From Octopus bimaculoides (lineage: Eukaryota), in assembly GCF_001194135.2 (NCBI RefSeq), contig NC_068982.1, positions 186,528,289 through 186,592,288 of the forward strand: a stretch of 64,000 nucleotides of DNA, written 5' to 3'. The translations under genes were made by a program, and so were the position numbers. Numbering within the stretch: the first letter of the stretch is position 1; every line of letters begins with the position of its first letter. Below, in pieces: positions 47,611 to 60,264 of the stretch. A model generated the notes under the pieces. The model did not search any database, was not told the origin of the DNA, and saw nothing but the letters and a program-made list of their open reading frames with translations.

Positions 47611-48043
47611 TTTCTTTAAGTTTCCACCTAACAAATCCACTCACAAGGCTTTGATTGACATGGAGTTAAGAAGAAGACACTTGCCCAAGTTGTCATGCTA
47701 TGGGATTGAACCTGGAACCACGTGGTTGAGAAGTAAGCTTCTTACCACACAGCCATGCCTTTCTATTATTTTTTTAAAGACAAAACATTACAAAAGTAAG
47801 TCAAAGGCCGAGAGTTTTATGCTACTTTCAGCCTTTGAGTCACTTTTGTACTTTCTGCTGATTAAAAATAACAAAAAGAGTGTGTAATTTCATTTATGCA
47901 CTATAGATGTTTCAAAAACAAATTGTATCTGGATTGTTTAACAGTTTCAATGTTACATAATACAGCTTCCATATATTTTTGAAAAATATGTAATGCATAG
48001 CTGTTTCTTCTATCCCTTTGAATTCACTAATTCATTTCAAATA

Positions 48044-48290
48044 ATAACAATGAAATTATGGTGTATAGTGTTCAGGTGCACTACAACTCATCAAAGGTGC
48101 ATATACAGGGCATAGAATTATGTACAAGAGTCAGGACAGTGAACGAGTCATGATGTGCATGCGTATGGAGGAGAGGATAGGGAGGGATATCAGGTGTAGT
48201 GTTTGGTGAATTTCAGGAAGCATGGAGGTTTTAAAGGATGTAATGTCTCAGCAGCTAACACCTGATGCAGGTACTTTATTGCAAAGCAAG
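48044..48290 (-). mobile_element. CR1 LINE 3' end, second and more decayed copy
   Basis: Collinear with 51862-52173 (caggtgcactacaact...caggaagcatgga..ttttgaagga). Confidence 0.75.
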
Positions 48291-48324
48291 TAGCTTAAGC
48301 TGCTTTTGTACCGGAGTTTATTAT

Positions 48325-48718
48325 GTAGGAGTAGCTGTGTGGTAAGTAGCTAGCTTACGAACCACATGGTTCCGGGTTCAGTCCCACTGCGTGGCACCTT
48401 GGGCGAGAATCTTCTACTATAGCCTCAGGCTGACCAAAGCCTTGTGAGTGGATTTGGTAGACGGAAACTGAAAGAAGCCCGTCGTATATATACATATATA
48501 TATGTGTGTGTGTGTATATGTTTGTGTGTCTGTGTTTGTCCCCACAACATCGCTTGATAACCGATGCTGGTGTGCTTATGTCTGTAACTTAGCGGTTCAG
48601 CAAAAGAGACCGATAGAATAAGTACTAGGCTATAGAATAAGTCCTGGGGTTGATTTGCTCGACTAAAGGTGGTGCTCCAGCATGGCCACAGTCACATGAC
48701 TAAAACAAGTAAAAGAGT
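48325..48718 (+). mobile_element. SINE family A, full length
   Basis: Collinear with the family consensus. Confidence 0.88.
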
Positions 48719-49689
48719 ATGTAGTTGATAAAGCATTGCTTGAACTAACACTGAATTAATTTGCTAATTATAAAACATAAAATCATCAAATTGTTAATTA
48801 AAAAGTAAATTATCATCCTGTCAGCCAAAGAGATAACAGAAAACAAAAGACACACACACACACACACACAGACAGAGTGTTAAATAAACAGTGTCCACAC
48901 AATTACAAATCCAAACTCACAGCTACAAGCACATACTCACACTTAGACACACTCTTAGACACACCTTCCATAAAACCAAAATACATAGATAAGTACCAGA
49001 CATCCTGGTATAAGTTAGTTACAGGGAAGTCACTGAGAAGGGCTCAGTTGTGTGGTGAGAGTGTTTAATAAATAAATTTATTAATTCATAAAAAAAAATT
49101 AACTGCAACCAGTGTAAGTGTTTTTTATCTTTTATTGGTTGAATGATTCTTTCCAAGATACATTTGTTTCAACACATGGCTTCACATCAAGAATCCTGCA
49201 AAACAAACACATGCAAGTAAAACCGCAGTCATGGCAGATACTGGTGTCACGCAAATGGCACCCGTGCCAGTGGCATGTAAGAGCACTCATTATTACACTC
49301 TCGGAGTGGTTGGCGTTAGGAAGGGCATCCAGCTGTAGAAACCCTGCCAACTCAGACTAGTCTGGTGCTGCCTTCCAGCTTACCAGCCCTGGTGAAACTG
49401 TCCAACCCATGCCTGCATGGACAACAGACGTTAAACGATGATGATGAACATTTAATTTTCATCTTTCCCCTACATACTGTTACTTTTGTTTTCTTTCTTA
49501 GCAATTTTGTCAGTCCCTTCCCCCATCCCACTTTTATTCAATTGTGTGATTATACGGGGTTTAAAGCTAAATCTGATTTAATACTAAAACTGATACTAAA
49601 GCTGCAGAAATGTGGTTTTATAGAGAAATGCTTAGAATCTCGTGGGTAGAGAGGGGGTGATGAAAGTGAAGAGACAGTGTGATGGATAC

Positions 49690-49729
<40 letters not shown>

Positions 49730-50102
49730 GATGACGGAATGGAGTGTTGCATGGTGGAGACTGAGCTGGTGGGAGGGAGAGGGAGGCAGAGGATGAAGGT
49801 GTTCAAAACTGGATGAAGAAGAGAATGAACGTGCAGAGCGAGAAAGACTTGGATGGTGTTGTGAGGGACAGAAATAAATGGAGGAGGAACAAGCCAAGAT
49901 TAGTCAAAGGCATGAATATGCTATGACGCAAGAGAGAGAGAGAGGAAACTAAATTGTATGGATATATATTGATGGGAAAGTAATGGAGAGCAAACCATGT
50001 GTTCAGAGCTACAATGGGTTTTGCAATATGACTTTTTTACTCCAGTACATACTAGGTATGCATTCTAGTTCACTAGCATGTAAATTACGAATTCTTATAT
50101 AT

Positions 50103-50535
50103 ATAATTTTGGGAGCTGTACTTTTGTGATCCTTTCTAACAATTCACGTAAGAGTCCGACGGTCCCTGTCTGAAAGTTTTGGTTTTCTTCCGGAGTTAAG
50201 TTTCAACGACGAGGTTTTTCCCTTCTTTCTCAAAGGCTGCCATTACTTTCGAGACAGTACTTCTTGATACACCAAACATTTCAGCTGTTTTCATTACGCT
50301 AGCACCCGCCATATGAGCACCAATAATTTGACCTCTTTGAAAGTCCGATCTGTCATTTCAGTGAATTTTAATTACCTTTTTCTGATGATATCTGAAAAGA
50401 AACAGCAATTTTAGCAAAACATATTAAGCAACACTAATAATAAATCAAAAAACAAAAATAAACAAGCTTTTAATGGTTTTATAGATATTTCAAAATTATG
50501 ATGTTAGATGTTTCCATTATTATATCCAACCCCTG
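50103..50535 (-). mobile_element. Tc1-like transposon 5' fragment (left TIR plus N-terminal HTH of transposase)
   Basis: Minus strand TA|CAGGGGTTGGATATAATAATGGAAA terminus at 50535. From ATG 50356, with frameshifts: MTD..DFQRGQIIGAHMAGASVMKTAEMFGVSRSTVSKVMAAFEKEGK..NSGRKPKLSDRDRRTL, a paired-like Tc1 DNA-binding domain with GRKPKLS motif. Confidence 0.88.
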
Positions 50536-50988
50536 TATATATACACACACACACACACACACATATATATATTTTGTGTAGATAGTTTGTAAGCTTCAAG
50601 CAGTGTGTGGCACATATAGCAAACAAAAAGTGCTCAGTGCATGATAACCTACAGACTTTTTCCAATATTGAAGTTTTAAGAGTTTCTATATAGCTCACAG
50701 CAACTAGTGGTCGCTCAAATGTGAATAAAAATTCCAAACTGAGGGAGTGAAACAGGTAAAATGCACACTACATATGTTTCTTAGTGAGATGAATCTCTGA
50801 TGTAATAGTTATACAATGAGGAGTGCTCAATTTAGCTAATCATCAGGCTGAGATCACCTTAATTAATTGAAGGTTACATTGTCGCTTGGAGTTTCTAAGT
50901 CACCTAAACTACAATGGTAAGCTTTACTGAATAAAGCAGCAAGTAATACAGAAAAAAAAAATTCAAAAATATAAAAAGGTCAAATTAG

Positions 50989-51034
<46 letters not shown>

Positions 51035-51861
51035 TATATACTTGTGATGACCTGTTGCGGCAAGTGAAGTCATTGTCATGGCTGATGACAGTACCACCTG
51101 ATTGACACCTGTGCCAGTGGCACGTAAAAAGCACAATTCGAGTGTGGTTGTTGCCAGTGCTACCTGACTAGCTCCCATGCTGGTGGCACATAGAAACCAC
51201 CATTCAAGCATGGTTGATGCCAGTACTGCCTGACTGGCCCTCGTGCCAGTGGCATGTAAAAAGCAACCACTACACTCTTGGAGTGGTTGGCATTAGGAAG
51301 GGCATCTCGCTGTCGTAACTTTGCCAGATTGAATTGGAGCCTGGTGCAACCTCCTGACTTGCCAGCCTTCAGTCAAACTGTCCAATCCCCAAATACACAC
51401 ACAATAAACTGAGGATTTGTAGATGGCTAATACTTAATACTTGATTTTGTCATAAAATTCTAAAGTTACCGTTGAGTGTTTACTAATATTTTAAATTTCT
51501 GTAATGGGCAAGTTAGTGCTCTTAGTTGAATAACAGGAAATTAGTTATAATGTATCATAAAAATTACATATCAGGATTCAAATGTATAAATATAACTTAC
51601 ACCAGCAGAAAACCACCTGAAAAGCAGCCTTTCAAAATGTAACCACATGTGGATTGTTGGCAATTTTTTTCCTCTGTCTTCCTTTTCTCTTGGACTTTCC
51701 TGTGTCTCCTCTTTCTGAAAAAGAACTTTGCTTGAAACATAAAACAACCGTTTTGTCTTTCCTTCAGTGTTTGTTAATACTTTGCATGTACCACATCCGT
51801 GCATTATTGTTTTTTCTTCTTGTATTTTTCTTTGTTTTTTTTGGATTAATTATATATATAT

Positions 51862-52173
51862 AATAAAAATGAAATTATTGTATACAGTGCTCAGGTGCAC
51901 TACAACTTGTCAAAAGTGTGCATAAAGCATATGCAGTATTGTACAAATGCCTGGAAAGTGAACAGTGTATGAGTCAGATACATGCTTGCGTGTGTATGGA
52001 GGGGAGAAAATCAGGAGTGGTGTTGGCGAATCCCAGGAAGCATGGAAGTTTTGAAGGACGCAGTGCTCCGACAACTAACAACTGATGCTGGCAGTTTGTT
52101 CCATACTTCAGCAACTCTTAGTGTGAAAAAGTGTTTCCAAAAGTCATGGGAGTTGTGCTGTTTTCTGACTTTG
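51862..52173 (-). mobile_element. CR1 LINE 3' end
   Basis: Minus translation KVRKQHNSHDFWKHFFTLRVAEVWNKLPASVVSCRSTASFKTSML (CR1 HFF..RV..WN.LP motif), then 3'UTR ending GTAGTGCACCTGAGCACTGTATACAATAATTTCATT. Confidence 0.85.
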
Positions 52174-53255
52174 ATATATTTATATATATATCATCAACAT
52201 TTAACATTTGTTTTCCACGCTAGCATGGGTTGGATAGTTTGATAGGAGCTGGCAAGCCAGAGACCTTCCACCAGGCTCCACTGGTCTGTTTTGGCATGGT
52301 TTCTATGGCTGGACGCCCTTCCTAAAGCCAAACACTTTACAGAGTGTATTGGGTGCTTTTTACGTGGCACCAGCACTGGTGCTTTTCATGTGGCACTAGT
52401 GCTTATTACGTGACACCACATTGGCGCTTTGAAACACCTCTTGGTGTATTAGAAAAGCATCTATTGAATATTGGTGGCTGAGTATAGGGAAAAGCTGGTA
52501 TGGTCATGGCTAGAATAGATTTAATCAAAGGTCTTTTGGATCAGGGATGACCTAGAGCTAAACAAAAGCTGAATGTATTTGAAGATTACTGGCAGAAAAC
52601 AGTTGTCTAATCTCAGGTTAACGTTGATTCATCAAACCTTTGATCAAAGACACTCCAGCTGTGACCATCTGTCCTAGTTTTGCTTTTTTTTTTTGTTTTG
52701 TAAACGTATCTAGGATGAAGTTATTCAATGAAAACATCTCTTCTTTTAATACTGTATGGTGTGATGTGAAGGTATATTGGCTGTTATTTCTAGCAGGTCA
52801 AACAGTCACAGCTCCTTCATCGGTAGAAAATGGTAATTTCTTGAATGCATAAAAAAAAAATGCTAGGGACTTGATATTCCTCACTAGATCCCTAAATGGA
52901 TGAATGAACCCCTCCATATGTTTTCAGGACCCCTACTGTCCTGCTAACAACATCACCCAGTTTGGCAGCTGTGGTTTCATTTCAGGAAGTTAGTCTTCTC
53001 TTCTGCCTTCATGTAATTATTTCATACAAGAGTAGACATGGCTGCCGGGTTAAGAAGGCCACTTTGCGATCAGCTTGTTTCAGTATTCAGTCCTACAGCA
53101 CATCTCCTGGAGCAAACATCTTCAGCTATAGCCCCAGGCCAACTAATGTCTTCTGAATGACTCCAGTTGATGGAAACTCTATGGAAGCCCACCATGTGTG
53201 TGTGTGCATGAGTATGCATAAATGTGTGTATATATGTATGTACACACATAAATAA

Positions 53256-53286
<31 letters not shown>

Positions 53287-53375
53287 GTTTTAGACACGTT
53301 TTGTCACTACACAGTAATTTCCCTTTGTTTTTAATTTATCTTTGGGGTTAACGGTCATTTTTCAAAGGAATCTCC

Positions 53376-53454
53376 AGTGGCCGGATAACTGAAGAGATGT
53401 TGGAGCGGACCCACCACCCTGGCATCCGAAACTCGGAGTTTTATCATGGCTACT
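53376..53454 (+). ncRNA. Type I hammerhead ribozyme motif, best preserved in the window
   Basis: Stem I AGTGGCC-G-GATAA / TTATC-AT-GGCTACT (7+5 bp); core CTGAAGA 53389-53395; stem II GATGTTGG/CTGGCATC plus one extra C; GAA 53428-30; stem III ACTC-G-GAGT; GUU triplet, predicted cut after 53440. Confidence 0.72.
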
Positions 53455-53488
53455 GAATAAGTGTCACATATTTTTACAGATATATGTA

Positions 53489-53530
<42 letters not shown>

Positions 53531-54562
53531 TAGAGATATATATATATAGAGAGAGATAGAGAGATAGAGAGAGAGAGAGAGAAATAGAGAGAAAGAGAGA
53601 GAAAGAGAAAGAGGGAGAGAGAGAGAGAGAGTTGGGGCTCGCGGAGGCAATGACCGAGACCTTTGGTATTATGTCGTGCTTGCAAAGACCCATCAAGCCA
53701 AGCAAAATCGCAGTCATGGCAGAAACTGGTGTCACGCAAATTGGCATGAAAACACACCCTGGTGTCATGTTAATGGCACCAGTGCCGGTGGCACGTAAAA
53801 ACACCCATTACACTCTCAGAGTGGTCAGTGTTAGGAAGGGCATCCAGCCATAGAAAACCATACCAAATCAAATTGGAGTCTAGTACAGCCTTCCAGTGTG
53901 CCAGCCCAGTCAAACCGTCCAACCCATGCCAGCAAGGACAACAGACGTTAAATGATCATGANNNNNNNNNNATATATAGAATGTGTTTGAAAGTTGTAGT
54001 TTCTTTGGTATGTTAGTTCCCAAACAACACTTATTTTAGTGCTGTTGACACCGCAGGATTAAGTGTTACTGCCTAGTTGTTGAAACCATAAAGATATCCG
54101 TGGGGGCAGCTGTTCATTAAAATAAAATCAACAGAATAAATGCCAGAAATGAATAGGGTTTGGATTTTTTTCAACAAAACATATGTATGTCTATAGACAT
54201 GTATATATTTATGTTTATACACGTAGACATACATATGTGTGTGTGTGTGTGTGTGCACACTGGCATCATTTAAATTCTGTTTTCCCTGCCATCATTTGTA
54301 TATATATATATACATATATACACACACACACAGATATGCATACACACACAGGCCTCCTGTACGTAAGAGTAGGTGTATGCATGCATATAGTACACAGGTA
54401 ACTGGGGTAGATATGAACAGCTGTGTATACATGTACAGGTGTAAGTGCAAACAATTGGGTAAGATTCAGAAACAAAGGGGTGCATGTGTATATGCGCATG
54501 TGTGTGCATGTGTGTGTACATGTAAGGTATTTGCTTCAGCATATATTTATGTACAGAAACAA

Positions 54563-54595
<33 letters not shown>

Positions 54596-55770
54596 NNNNN
54601 NNNNNNNNNNNNNNNNNNNNNNNNNNNNNNNNNNNNNNNNNNNNNNNNNNNNNNNNNNNNNNNNNNNNNNNNNNNNNNNNNNNNNNNNNNNNNNNNNNNN
54701 NNNNNNNNNNNNNNNNNNNNNNNNNNNNNNNNNNNNNNNNNNNNNNNNNNNNNNNNNNNNNNNNNNNNNNNNNNNNNNNNNNNNNNNNNNNNNNNNNNNN
54801 NNNNNNNNNNNNNNNNNNNNNNNNNNNNNNNNNNNNNNNNNNNNNNNNNNNNNNNNNNNNNNNNNNNNNNNNNNNNNNNNNNNNNNNNNNNNNNNNNNNN
54901 NNNNNNNNNNNNNNNNNNNNNNNNNNNNNNNNNNNNNNNNNNNNNNNNNNNNNNNNNNNNNNNNNNNNNNNNNNNNNNNNNNNNNNNNNNNNNNNNNNNN
55001 NNNNNNNNNNNNNNNNNNNNNNNNNNNNNNNNNNNNNNNNNNNNNNNNNNNNNNNNNNNNNNNNNNNNNNNNNNNNNNNNNNNNNNNNNNNNNNNNNNNN
55101 NNNNNNNNNNNNNNNNNNNNNNNNNNNNNNNNNNNNNNNNNNNNNNNNNNNNNNNNNNNNNNNNNNNNNNNNNNNNNNNNNNNNNNNNNNNNCCGCAAAT
55201 TAAATTTGTATACACAAATTAAATCTTGCCATGGAGGAATGTTGTGGCAGACAAAAAACAAGACAGGAAAACAAACAGAAAAGGCTTTACGGCCAGACGA
55301 GAAAAATTGTTTGTGTGTGAACCGTACCATTCCCAACCTGAGATCCCGGGGATGGGGACATTGATGGCTTCAGTCTATAATCTATTCTCAAATTCAGAAT
55401 GAGCCAAACAGACAGCTCATCTCCCAATCAGAGTGGGCCATCTTGCAGTGCACTTGACAAATACATGGTGCCAAGTGGACTGCATTTGGTAAGCGGAACT
55501 CTGCCAATATCCTCTAACCATTTTTGACCCACCACCACATCTAAACCTTACCATTCTTACCCTGTTTCCATGTGTATCCGAAATCTGGCAGTAATAAAAT
55601 AGTAGTAAAGATTTTTTTTTATCAGGTACAATGTCACAGAGGTCAACCTAACTAATTTCCTCACCCTTTTTTTATCAGTTAATCTTCCTCGCTCCCACCA
55701 TCACCAGCCGACCACTGCCACCACCATCATCATCGTCATAATTTCCACATGTCTTGTATCAATCACTATT

Positions 55771-55809
<39 letters not shown>

Positions 55810-56979
55810 CCAAAACAGCAGCCAAATCTTACTCAAACCACACCCCTAATTTCTTAGAAAAGAAGGCCACATTTGATAATGATTTGTAATTTAGGTACAA
55901 AAACCCATAATTATGAGAGGATGGGATTAGTCAGTACCACTGACACCAGTATTTAACTGGTACTTTATTTCATTGACCTCAAAAAACTAAAAGGCATGAT
56001 TGGCCTTGATAGGGTTTGAACTCAGAATGTAAGACATTTTGTCCAATGCCTTTTAAATGGTCTGCCAATCAAGAGTGCACAGAATTCCTTTTTTTTTTTC
56101 ACTCTTTTATTGGTTTCAGGCATTGGACTGTGACACTACCCTGTACGGTTGATTGAATGAAATAAACCCACCATCACCAGTACTTGTGAAAAATTTGGTA
56201 ATTACTCTGTCAGTCTGTGTTACCAATCTGCTAGCATTTTAGGGATGCAAACAAACACCAGTTGTCAAGTGATGGGGGGGGNNNNNNNNNNNNNNNNNNN
56301 NNNNNNNNNNNNNNNNNNNNNNNNNNNNNNNNGGGGGGGGGGGTAGTAGTCAAATGCAGACACATGCATACAAACATCATCATCACCATCATTATCATTA
56401 TCATCATTTAGCTTCTGTTGTCCATGCTGGCATGGGTTGGACAGTTTGACCAGGGCTGGTAAACCAGAAGACTGTACCAGACTCCAGTCTGATTTGGCAT
56501 AGTTTTCTACAGCTGGATGCCCTTCCTAATGCCAACCATTTCGAGAGTGTAACAGGTGCTTTTACGTTCCACTGGCACGGGTGCCATTTGTACAACACTG
56601 GTATCTGCCACGACTGTGATTTTGCTCAGCTTGATGGGTTTTCTTTTCAAGCATGACATAATGCCAAAAGGTCTCAAACATATACATACATAAATGTGTG
56701 TGTGTGTGTGTGTGTTTATACCTTTACACTAAAGACTTGCGTCTCTTAATTCACTCACAGTGTATGAATTAGTAAATGGAAAGTCAACCCAGGGCCATAG
56801 AAGAAATCACTGACACAAGGTGTTGCACGATGGGGCTGAACCGGAGACCATGCGGCTGTGATGCAAGTTTCTTAACCATACAGCACAACCATGCCTGCAC
56901 CTATATTTGAAGAAAGACAGACAGGTGGAGTATCTCTGATGTTAATTCTGCTTCATCAGAAGCTTGCTTNNNNNNNNNN

Positions 56980-57041
<62 letters not shown>

Positions 57042-57342
57042 GTGTGTGTGCATGCGTGCGACACATATGTCCCACTATTGCTTGACAGTCGGTGTTGAAA
57101 TGCTTATGTCCCCATAACTTAGCAGTTTGACAAAAAAGACCAGTAAAATAAGTTCAAAGTTTTAGAAAAAAAAAGTCCTGGTGTTGATTCATTTGACTAA
57201 AAATTCTTCGAGGCAGTGCTCCAGTTTGGCCACAGTCTAATGCCTGAAGCAAGTAAAAGATAAAAGAGAACCAAATGATTGAAATCTCAAAGTTATAAAA
57301 TACTTAATGCATGATTAATTAAAAACAATATGAATAAATAAG

Positions 57343-57800
57343 CAAAGGCGGGAGAGGTATGCAGTACTGTACATCTGGAAGATCCTGGAAGGAATTGTGC
57401 CAAATTTTGGCATTGAAGGCTACACCAATGCCAGAACAGGTTGACACTGCACAGTGCCAAAGATCCCAGCAATGCCATCGTGCTTCAGGACTACTTACTG
57501 CAACAGCTTGGGTTTCAGGGGCCCACAGCTTTTTAATATTCTCCCAAAGAGCCTGAGGAACCTACACAAAGTGGATGTAAGTGTTTTAAAATCAAAACTG
57601 GATCTCTTCCTGTCGAGAGTCCTACATGAACCTACCTCACGGCAAGAGGTGCAAATGAGGGTAGCAACATCAAACTCCATTCTTCACCAAGTGCCACATA
57701 TTAGAGGAGGCTCTCAGTAATAAATAACAGTGTAGCAAAACGGCGGTGCACCAGCATGGCCACAGATCTAAGCTGAAACTACAAAAAAAAAGCAAAGAAG
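57343..57800 (+). mobile_element. CR1/L2-group LINE 3' end (ORF2 C-terminus plus 3'UTR)
   Basis: QRRERYAVLYIWKILEGIVPN...G*HC...NSLGFRGPQLFNILPKSLRNL...LKSKLDLFLSRV...SNSILHQ..* (one in-frame stop; terminal stop 57718-20), then 3'UTR ending GGCGGTGCACCAGCATGGCCACAG..CTGAAAC plus an A-rich tail. Confidence 0.85.
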
Positions 57801-58183
57801 CATCAGATTTGAAAGAATAATAAGAATGCTTAAAGGGTTAAAGTGAACTTAAGCTTTGTTACACCATTTCTTTGCTTGAATGATATCTGTGGTGGTGTTT
57901 GCAGACGTTGACTGTTGGTTGATGTGGAATCTAAAGATAGATTCCACAGCAAACCAAACTCGCCTCATACGGAGTTGGGTCACGATGTAGAAAGGGTGGA
58001 AGCAGTAAATATCTGCCACACAGGCGCAGCAGAATATCATTTATGTATTTGTTGGTTTCATGTTGTTGTTGTTCTTCTTTTGTGCCTACGTCTCGCCCCT
58101 GCCACTCACCTATGAGCAATACTCCTCCATATTTCAGCAGCCAGTACTTTCTTCATGCACACACACACACAAATTCATGCAAT

Positions 58184-58219
<36 letters not shown>

Positions 58220-58937
58220 CGCCCTCTCTCTCTCTCTCTCTCTCTCTCATACGTGCATACACCCATGCGTGCAAAAACACACACACAGCTTACCTTCCGT
58301 CAGAGTTCAAACTATGTGCAACACAACATGTTAAGTGTAAATTGTTCATGGAAAATATATTGAATGGTGTTAAGAATAAAAACAATGAAGTTACAGGAAT
58401 ACACACACACACACNNNNNNNNNNNNNNNNNNNNNNNNNNNNNNNNNNNNNNNNNNNNNNNNNNNNNNNNNNNNNNNNNNNNNNNNNNNNNNNNNNNNNN
58501 NNNNNNNNNNNNNNNNNNNNNNNNNNNNNNNNNNNNNNNNNNNNNNNNNNNNNNNNNNNNNNNNNNNNNNNNNNNNNNNNNNNNNNNNNNNNNNNNNNNN
58601 NNNNNNNNNNNNNNNNNNNNNNNNNNNNNNNNNNNNNNNNNNNNNNNNNNNNNNNNNNNNNNNNNNNNNNNNNNNNNNNNNNNNNNNNNNNNNNNNNNNN
58701 NNNNNNNNNNNNNNNNNNNNNNNNNNNNNNNNNNNNNNNNNNNNNNNNNNNNNNNNNNNNNNNNNNNNNNNNNNNNNNNNNNNNNNNNNNNNNNNNNNNN
58801 NNNNNNNNNNNNNNNNNNNNNNNNNNNNNNNNNNNNNNNNNNNNNNNNNNNNNNNNNNNNNNNNNNNNNNNNNNNNNNNNNNNNNNNNNNNNNNNNNNNN
58901 NNNNNNNNNNNNNNNNNNNNNNNNNNNNNNNNNNNNN

Positions 58938-59230
58938 AAAAGGTGTATGGTCATTGCCAGTGCCGCTGGACTGGCTCCTGTGCAGGTGGCACGTAAAAAA
59001 CACCATTTTGAGCGTGGCCGTTGCCAGTACCGCCTGACTGGCCCTTGTGCCGGTGGTACGTAAAAGCACCCACTACACTCTCGGAGTGGTTGGCATTAGG
59101 AAGGGCATCCAGCTGTAGAAAACTCTGCCAGATCAGATTGGAGCCTGGTGTAGCCATCTGGTTCGCCAGTCCTCAGTCAAATCATCCAACCCATGCTAGC
59201 ATGGAAAGCGGACGTTAAACAATGATGATG
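58938..59230 (+). mobile_element. RTE 3' end, well conserved
   Basis: Two 65-bp units, then CTCGGAGTGGTTGGCATTAGGAAGGGCATCCAGCTGTAGAAA...GCATGGAAAGCGGACGTTAAACAATGATG. Confidence 0.8.
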
Positions 59231-59849
59231 GTATTTGATATACATGTATTTGTCTGTTTTATAGATAGATAAATAGATAGATAGAGGGGGGTGTAAACAT
59301 AATATTCATAATTTGAAATCATAAGAATTAATGCACAAAACTCTTGGCCTTTGAGTCTCTCAAGAACTTTTACAAATTAAATATCAAATATATATATATA
59401 TATAATATTAAGGGATATATATGATAGGAGATGGATTTTGTTTTGTATTAGACTTTTATACATACTTGTCTAAATTTTCTATTATTATTATTATATATAT
59501 ATATATATATCCTCGTGCTTTTAGTTTTCCTATTTGTATCACCAAACAGACAGATAGATGTTTTGTCTTAGTTCACGGTTATCACTGGCTACACTTCCTA
59601 GTCATATACACATGTTTGTTGTTATGTTTGTATGTATGTTAATATGTACAGACGTATCTCTTCCTTTACTAATTCTGTGAAATCTTTGTATAAAGAATGG
59701 GTTGGAACTAATAAACAAAGTTCCATTATTAGAATTGAGATAACAACAGTAAAGAGATGCTTGTATGTATGCATGTTATCTTTCTTTTCCAATCAAAGAA
59801 TTAAGTTAGTTTTTGACAAAGAAACAAAGCTCCATTGATGGAATTTCGA

Positions 59850-60255
59850 TAACAGTAATAGTGAGGAGTTCCAGATTGAAGTTTCAGGAAATCTTGCATA
59901 TAAGATTGAATAAGAAAGAGAGAAAAAAGAGCTGTCCCAATTCTATGCCTGAAAAACCCAGCTTTGCAAAACTTCCACATTGCCCACTGTACAATGATTA
60001 TGGGTATAAATGGACTGTGTTGGAAAGTGATAGGTTTCAAAACAGTTGTTCGTGAATATTCTTTTTCACATCTACAGCATGACTGGCGTTTATAACAAAA
60101 TATAATCCCCCTTTCTGTCCCAAATAACAGTATCTGGTCAATTTTACTTGCATATGGTGGAAATTTTGATGGGAATGTTCCACCAAATAGTCCCTGTTTT
60201 GAAACATATGCACACAACACCAGAAATATGTTCTAAATTTATGCCATGGTAAGCT
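59850..60255 (-). mobile_element. R4/Dong-like LINE C-terminal restriction-like endonuclease fragment
   Basis: Across frames: IWWNIPIKISTICK*N*PDTVIWDRK, FIPIIIV, LGFSGIEL, ICK.FLK. The order and wording match the REL (PD..D/E) C-terminus of R4-clade ORFs. Confidence 0.68.
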
Positions 60256-60264
60256 TTCATATGG

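Noticed and set aside
56925-56965. CTGATGAAGCAG... (minus); similar isolated cores near 16197, 27930, 40369 and 60790
   Set aside because: No properly placed GAAA with paired stems; 7-mers of this kind are expected by chance.
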